Assembly: GCA_964499705.1 (NCBI GenBank)
Contig: CAZCME010000003.1
Span: 365,960-385,959 of the forward strand
Length of the DNA stretch: 20,000 nt
Source: an uncultured bacterium
Lineage (GTDB): Bacteria > UBA8481
Direction: 5' to 3'
How positions within the stretch are numbered: the first letter of the stretch is position 1; each line of letters starts with the position of its first letter. The notes beneath the pieces were generated by a model that did not search any database, was not told the origin of the DNA, and saw only the letters and a list, made by a program, of their open reading frames with translations. Shown piece after piece: positions 15,173 to 20,000 of the stretch. A program made the position numbers and the translations under genes.

Positions 15173-16497
15173 CCGGCCGTCTTCCCGCGCGTGACCGCCG
15201 TGAGGGCATCCTCGAATCGATCCAGGCCGTCCATGGCGGTCTCCTCGTCGATCACGAGCGGCGGATTGATTCTCACGGTGTGGGAATAACACATCGAGAC
15301 GAGTCCTCTGCGGAGACATTCATGGAAGAGGGCGCGCGTCACGTCCTTGGGCAGCGGCTCCTTCGTCTCGCGATCGCGGACGAGCTCGATTCCCAGCATG
15401 AGGCCCCTGCCTCGGACGTCTCCGATCACGGGATGCTTCTCCTGCATCGCCCGCAGTCTCTTCATCATGACCTCGCCCACCCGGCGGGAATTCTCGACGA
15501 GGTTTTCCTTCAGGATGATTTCGAGAGAGGCGAGCCCAGCCGCTGCGGCGAGCGGATTGCCGCCATAGCTCGAGGAACTCGCGCTCGGATTCGAGAACGG
15601 TTTCGCGCTCATCAGCTCATCGGTGGATACGACGGCCGCGAGCGGAAAGCCGCCGCCGATGCCCTTCCCGACGGTCATCACGTCGGGAACGATTCCCTCG
15701 TGATCGCATCCCCACATCGACCCCGTGCGCCCGAATCCGGTGAGCATCTCGTCGGCGATCAGGAGCGCGCCGTTTTCGCGGGCGATCTCCTGCACGGCCT
15801 TCAGGAATCCCGGCGGTGGAACGACGTTGCCCGCGGTTCCCTGCATCGGTTCCACGATGATCGCCGCGACCTCGCCCTGCGTCTGATACCGGATGACTTT
15901 TCTCAGGTGATCCGCGCAGGCGATGCCGCAATCGGGATGCTTCAGTTGCAGCGGGCAGCGATAGCAATGCGCGTACGGCGTGGAGTAGAGCCCGGGCATG
16001 AACGGGCCGAGATGCTGCTTGAAGTCGTCGCCCAGGAGGCCCAGCACGCCGCCCGTCTTCCCGTGGAATCCTCCCCAGAACCCGATGAACTCGTGCCGCT
16101 TCGTCGCGGATTTGGCCAGGCGAAACGCGGCTTCGACGGCTTCGGCGCCGCCGGAGAAGAGCTGGATCTTCGTGAGCTTGTCCGGCGTGATGCTCGCTAA
16201 AAGCTCCAGGAATTTCGCGCGCGTTTCCGTGGTGAAACTGCCGAACGTGATGCGATCGAGCTGGTTCTTCAGGGACTGGACATAGTGCGGATGACAGTGA
16301 CCTGTGCTGCCGATGCCGATGCCGGCGGTGAAGTCGATGTACTCGCGGCCGTCCTCGTCCTTCAGGCGGCAGCCGCGCCCTTCCGCCATCGCCAGTCCGG
16401 AGAAGAGAGCGATGGACTGGAGGCCCGGAGCGATCCATCGCGCCTCCCGTTCGACAATCTCCTTGGATCGCGGACCCGCTCCGCCAGGATTCGTCAT
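15169..16497 (-). CDS. Class III PLP-dependent aminotransferase
   Basis: DEDGREYIDF, SGGAEAVEAA, GGFHGKT, IVEPMQG, IADEMLTGFGRTG, PDVMTVGKGIGGG (PLP lysine), VRGRGLMLG. Confidence 0.95.
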   Translation of the reverse strand: MTNPGGAGPRSKEIVEREARWIAPGLQSIALFSGLAMAEGRGCRLKDEDGREYIDFTAGIGIGSTGHCHPHYVQSLKNQLDRITFGSFTTETRAKFLELLASITPDKLTKIQLFSGGAEAVEAAFRLAKSATKRHEFIGFWGGFHGKTGGVLGLLGDDFKQHLGPFMPGLYSTPYAHCYRCPLQLKHPDCGIACADHLRKVIRYQTQGEVAAIIVEPMQGTAGNVVPPPGFLKAVQEIARENGALLIADEMLTGFGRTGSMWGCDHEGIVPDVMTVGKGIGGGFPLAAVVSTDELMSAKPFSNPSASSSSYGGNPLAAAAGLASLEIILKENLVENSRRVGEVMMKRLRAMQEKHPVIGDVRGRGLMLGIELVRDRETKEPLPKDVTRALFHECLRRGLVSMCYSHTVRINPPLVIDEETAMDGLDRFEDALTAVTRGKTAG

Positions 16498-17378
16498 CGT
16501 GCGGGTATCTTCTTGTCGTCGCTTCCGCCGGTCCGTACGAGGAGCGTTTCCGACCGAGCGGCGCGCCGGAGAATATGTCCGGCGATCTGCTCGGAGGCTT
16601 CGTCTCTAAAGAGCGCGAAGCTGGGCCACGCATTGATGTCGATGATCCAGGTTTCTCCCGCTGCGGTCACGATCGCATCGCCTCCGAAGATCTCCAGGTC
16701 GAGCGACCGCGCGGCCAGGCACGCGGATGCCCGGAGATCGCTCTCGTCGAATCGGAATCCCGCGAGAACCTGGTCGCGATGGTAGAACCAGCGGAACCAG
16801 TTCTCGTCCTCCCTGGACCTGTCCGGATCGACCACCCCGTAAAACTTGATGAGGTCTCCAGGGATATGTTGCTGCACGACGGCGGTCTCGATGCCGCGTC
16901 CATGCAGCTCGGCGAGGATCCGCTCGATCTCATTCCGGGACCGCGCCAGGACGACATCCCCGGACTGGACGCAATGCACGTCGCCCCGTTTCACCCAGGC
17001 GGGAAATTCCGTCTCGTCCGGGACAACGCGATCCGCGGTGCTCACGATGCGGCTGAAGGGGAAGCTGATCCCGGCGTCTCCCAGCAGGGACAGGGTGCGC
17101 TCGCGATACGTGTTCAGGATCGCGGATGGGCTGTTGATGACGATGACGCCGAGTTTGGACCAGCGTTGGAGTTGTTGGAGTATCGCTCGGCGTTCGCACA
17201 TCACGAAGATCGCGTCGGGATTTTCTTCCGCGGTCGAGGGAAGTTCCGCCGGAGAGAAGAGATCGACCAGGTTTCCGGAATCGGCGAGGCGGCCACCGGT
17301 AAGCCGAAGAATCTCGGCGTCATCGAATTCGCGCTCGGGCGAGTGCTCGCGTTCCCGGTAAACGCCCCAGAAGTTCAC
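16494..17378 (-). CDS. ATP-grasp fold protein (RimK/ITPK1-like motifs)
   Basis: VINSPSAI, FPAWVKRGD, VVQQHIPGDLIKFYGV, IFGGDAIV, IIDINAWPSF. Likely GTG start at 17378 (GTGA overlap, GGAGG-like SD upstream). Confidence 0.75.
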   Translation of the reverse strand: MNFWGVYREREHSPEREFDDAEILRLTGGRLADSGNLVDLFSPAELPSTAEENPDAIFVMCERRAILQQLQRWSKLGVIVINSPSAILNTYRERTLSLLGDAGISFPFSRIVSTADRVVPDETEFPAWVKRGDVHCVQSGDVVLARSRNEIERILAELHGRGIETAVVQQHIPGDLIKFYGVVDPDRSREDENWFRWFYHRDQVLAGFRFDESDLRASACLAARSLDLEIFGGDAIVTAAGETWIIDINAWPSFALFRDEASEQIAGHILRRAARSETLLVRTGGSDDKKIPAR

Positions 17379-18124
17379 GATCTTTCTCCTCCAGGCAAGC
17401 CTGAGCCAGGCGAGCCTGCTCCAGGTACGCCTGCGTCGATATTTGCTGCGGCCGCGAGCGCGATGTCCTCTTGACGGTCGACATCCACAACGGCCGGAAG
17501 CACGACACCGTATACCGGACGGCTTCCGGCAACAAGCCACTTGAGGAAATCGCGGAGACGATCGAAAGAATGCGCGCCGGCGGACTCGATAAGGTCACCG
17601 GGGATGACATAAAGCCCTGCCGTGACCGCTTCGCCGGACCCGATTCCGATTTCCCGGACGCGGCCGTCGGGATCAAGGCGAACCCAGAGCGGTCGCTCGT
17701 CGTCGACAAGAGGAGTCACGCCGAGGACAACCGCATCATCGGAAAAAGTTTCCGCCTCGCGGAGAAACGCGCGGAAAGCATCCGCCGAGCACCAGGTATC
17801 GACCGCGGAGATGACGGCGGGCGGGTTCATGATGGCGCGCGCCACTTCCAGGAAGCTTGCCCATGAGGAGGGAGTCGTCCGGATGATATTTCGAAATGTG
17901 AGCTCGGAAAAACGGGCGCGAACCCAGGCATCGCATTCCCGGTCATCTTCATTGAAGATGGTCGTCACCTGCGTGATTCCCGCCGCCTGCATGTTCATGA
18001 GCACGCGCTCCACCAGGGCGATTCCACCGATGGTCACGAGTGGTTTCGGCCCCGCCTTCCCGCCCGCCTTCAGGCGCGACCCTTCGCCCGCCGCGATGAT
18101 GCCGCCGGAAAGAATGGGTTTCAC
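17375..18124 (-). CDS. Sugar/polyol-phosphate nucleotidyltransferase (NTP_transferase family)
   Basis: GGIIAAGEGSRL...PKPLV, SAVDT, DDERPL, TAGLY, VVDVDRQEDI. Confidence 0.9.
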   Translation of the reverse strand: MKPILSGGIIAAGEGSRLKAGGKAGPKPLVTIGGIALVERVLMNMQAAGITQVTTIFNEDDRECDAWVRARFSELTFRNIIRTTPSSWASFLEVARAIMNPPAVISAVDTWCSADAFRAFLREAETFSDDAVVLGVTPLVDDERPLWVRLDPDGRVREIGIGSGEAVTAGLYVIPGDLIESAGAHSFDRLRDFLKWLVAGSRPVYGVVLPAVVDVDRQEDIALAAAANIDAGVPGAGSPGSGLPGGERS

Positions 18125-18843
18125 AGCAGGAGTCCGGCCAGATCGTCGATGCGGTGAATGACGCGGTCGCCGGGACAGCAGGCCGCATCGGCGGTAGGGT
18201 CGGCGGCCAGCCAGATATGCTCGATCCCGGCGGCGCGTGCTCCGGCCATGTCGCGACGGAGCGAATCCCCGACGAAGACCGCCTCCTGCGGCGCGATATG
18301 CATCTGTTCCAGGGCGAGATGAAAGATCGCGGGGTCCGGCTTTTCGAGATTCACGACGGTGGAATCGATCGCGACCGCGAACCTCTCTCCGATCGCCGAC
18401 TCGCGGCAGACCGTGTCGAGATTGCCGTAGAAGTTGGAGATCACTCCAAGCCGATATCGGTCGGCGAGTTGGTCCAACAGGGCGGCGTTGCGATTCAAGT
18501 GAGCGATCGAATCATGATGAAAACGCGCGGCCAGTCTTTCGGCGAGCGACGGATCACGCCAATGACAGGCTTCGCCCAGGTTGCGAAAGAGAGCGCGAAT
18601 GGTCTCGTGGAATGAAAGCGTCCGTGGAATCCGGCCGACCAGCGCGTCGTCGGAACGATAGAAGGCACGATCGAATTCCTCGCCGTCCGCCGTTTCTCCT
18701 TCGTCCCGGATCAGTCGGGCCGTGCGGTCCTTCCACGGCACGCCATCGGCGTCGAGCGTTCCGCCGAAGTCGAAGAGGACCGCCCGGATCGGCCTCTCGC
18801 GGTGCGAATGGAATTGGGGAGTCAATGGCGGTATCCTGAGCAC
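18121..18843 (-). CDS. HAD-superfamily hydrolase (subfamily IA-like)
   Basis: AVLFDFGGTLD (motif I), GVISN (II), KPDPAIF (III), VGDSLRRDMAGA (IV). Exact start uncertain (GTG 18843 or TTG 18825). Confidence 0.9.
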   Translation of the reverse strand: MLRIPPLTPQFHSHRERPIRAVLFDFGGTLDADGVPWKDRTARLIRDEGETADGEEFDRAFYRSDDALVGRIPRTLSFHETIRALFRNLGEACHWRDPSLAERLAARFHHDSIAHLNRNAALLDQLADRYRLGVISNFYGNLDTVCRESAIGERFAVAIDSTVVNLEKPDPAIFHLALEQMHIAPQEAVFVGDSLRRDMAGARAAGIEHIWLAADPTADAACCPGDRVIHRIDDLAGLLL

Positions 18844-18848
18844 ACTTT

Positions 18849-20000
18849 ATGGCGACTCCATTCCCCGCACAAGAAAGCGCCGACGTTGTCCCCAGGCCGG
18901 TGATCCTGGACGCGTCGGACGGGACATACGGCAGGATCCGAAATCTGCTCTGCGGCGGCCTGACGCTGGAAGAAAGAATTCTGCGGCAACTGCGTCGCGC
19001 AGGTTGCGAGGAAGTGTACGTGCTTCTGGACCGGCTGGATTCCCATGACGATGCCCTGCTGAACCATGGCTCCCGGCCGGATCTTCTTCCGGCTTGTATA
19101 CATCGTGTGACGAAAATTCCTTTGGCGGACTCGTCGATCTGCATCTGGTTTCCGGCCCGAACAATCATCCACCCCCGGCTTCTTGAAAGATTATTGCAGC
19201 CCGGGGATCCGGTTCATGTGAGGACGAGCGGCTGCTTCGCGGGTGCGGCGCTATGGTCATGTCATGACGGCGCGCAGCCCTTGGGACGCGCTTTGGAGAT
19301 GCGCGAGCTGGATTCCTATGACGAGAGCACGCGCCGGGATCAGGCGGTCTATTTTCATCCGATCCGCGACGAAAAGGATATCGCCCGGGATTCTGAATTT
19401 CTCCTGCTGCGGACGCAGAAGGACGCGCTTGATCTTCCGGGCCGCTATCTCCATCCCCGTTTCGAAAATGCCCTGGTTCGAAAACTCGCTCCGTCACGCA
19501 TCACGCCGAATCACATCACCCTCGCGACCACGATCGCCGCGTTCGTCGTCACGGCGCTCTATGCGCGCGGATTTCTCCGGATCGGCGCTCTCGGCGCCGC
19601 GGCGCTCGGCGTCCTGGACGGCGTGGACGGCAAGCTGGCACGGCTCCGGCTCGAAACGTCGCGCCTCGGCGAAATGGAGCACGTTCTCGATTTCCTCTAC
19701 GAAAATTCCTGGTACCTGGCTCTGGCCGCGCATTTCAGGATGAGACCATACGGAGTGGCGCTCGTGGCCGCCGATCTCGCCGACAATATGGCATACCTGG
19801 CCGTGAAGAAGCGGACAGGACGCATGATCGACGAGCTCTCGCCCGGAGATCGTGCCTTTCGCGCGGTCGCGGGACGTCGCAATATCTACAACTGGATCCT
19901 GCTGCCGTGCTTTCTGCTCGGCGCGCTGGTGACGCGCTTGCCTTCCGCGGGTTTCCGGGCGGCGGCGCGATGGGGAGTGATCACGGCGACGATTCACAGT
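18849..20000 (+). CDS. Degenerate NTP-transferase-like domain + CDP-alcohol phosphotransferase; 3'-truncated by window edge, absent from ORF track
   Basis: Manual translation from ATG 18849 (or GTG 18900) is open for 384 codons to the window end: ...GGLTLEERILRQLRRAGCEEVYV...IIHPRLLERLL...RITPNHIT...VLDGVDGKLARLRLETSRLGEMEHVLD...AGRRNIY... Confidence 0.88.
   Translation, partial: MATPFPAQESADVVPRPVILDASDGTYGRIRNLLCGGLTLEERILRQLRRAGCEEVYVLLDRLDSHDDALLNHGSRPDLLPACIHRVTKIPLADSSICIWFPARTIIHPRLLERLLQPGDPVHVRTSGCFAGAALWSCHDGAQPLGRALEMRELDSYDESTRRDQAVYFHPIRDEKDIARDSEFLLLRTQKDALDLPGRYLHPRFENALVRKLAPSRITPNHITLATTIAAFVVTALYARGFLRIGALGAAALGVLDGVDGKLARLRLETSRLGEMEHVLDFLYENSWYLALAAHFRMRPYGVALVAADLADNMAYLAVKKRTGRMIDELSPGDRAFRAVAGRRNIYNWILLPCFLLGALVTRLPSAGFRAAARWGVITATIHS

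Noticed and set aside
12198-18843. Phosphonate or LPS/O-antigen sugar cluster interpretation
   Set aside because: No PEP mutase or decarboxylase, glycosyltransferase or flippase in the window, and the aminotransferase is class III rather than DegT or class V.
18822-19997. Several short minus-strand ORFs and the + ORF 19243..19743
   Set aside because: All overlap the motif-bearing + strand CDP-alcohol phosphotransferase frame starting at 18849.

Overview
GC-rich bacterial chromosomal window with five blocks. (1) A dTTP-metabolism cluster on +: a 5'-truncated tandem-domain ThyX, nrdR and dut. (2) A convergent two-gene module on - (small helical protein plus DUF1814/AbiEii/MenT-like nucleotidyltransferase) that looks like a toxin-antitoxin pair with its own sigma70-type promoter. 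(3) A signalling pair: CheB-CheR-PAS-HisKA_2 kinase, whose catalytic CheB N-terminus lacks a canonical start codon, and a REC-PAS-PAS-GAF-HK-REC hybrid kinase. (4) A GH13 glycosidase with a probable signal peptide, and ppnP. (5) The most interesting block: a six-gene minus-strand operon coupled by 4-nt overlaps (HAD phosphatase, NTP transferase, ATP-grasp protein with ITPK1-like motifs, class III aminotransferase, Gfo/Idh/MocA dehydrogenase, three-domain pseudo-NTase/CDP-alcohol phosphotransferase/NTase fusion), divergent from a second pseudo-NTase/CDP-alcohol phosphotransferase that the ORF track omits. I infer a pathway for an (amino)cyclitol/polyol phosphodiester lipid headgroup or solute. 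Short tandem and inverted intergenic repeats are present. No rRNA, tRNA, CRISPR array or transposase was seen. All family calls come from motif recognition by eye, not from database searches.
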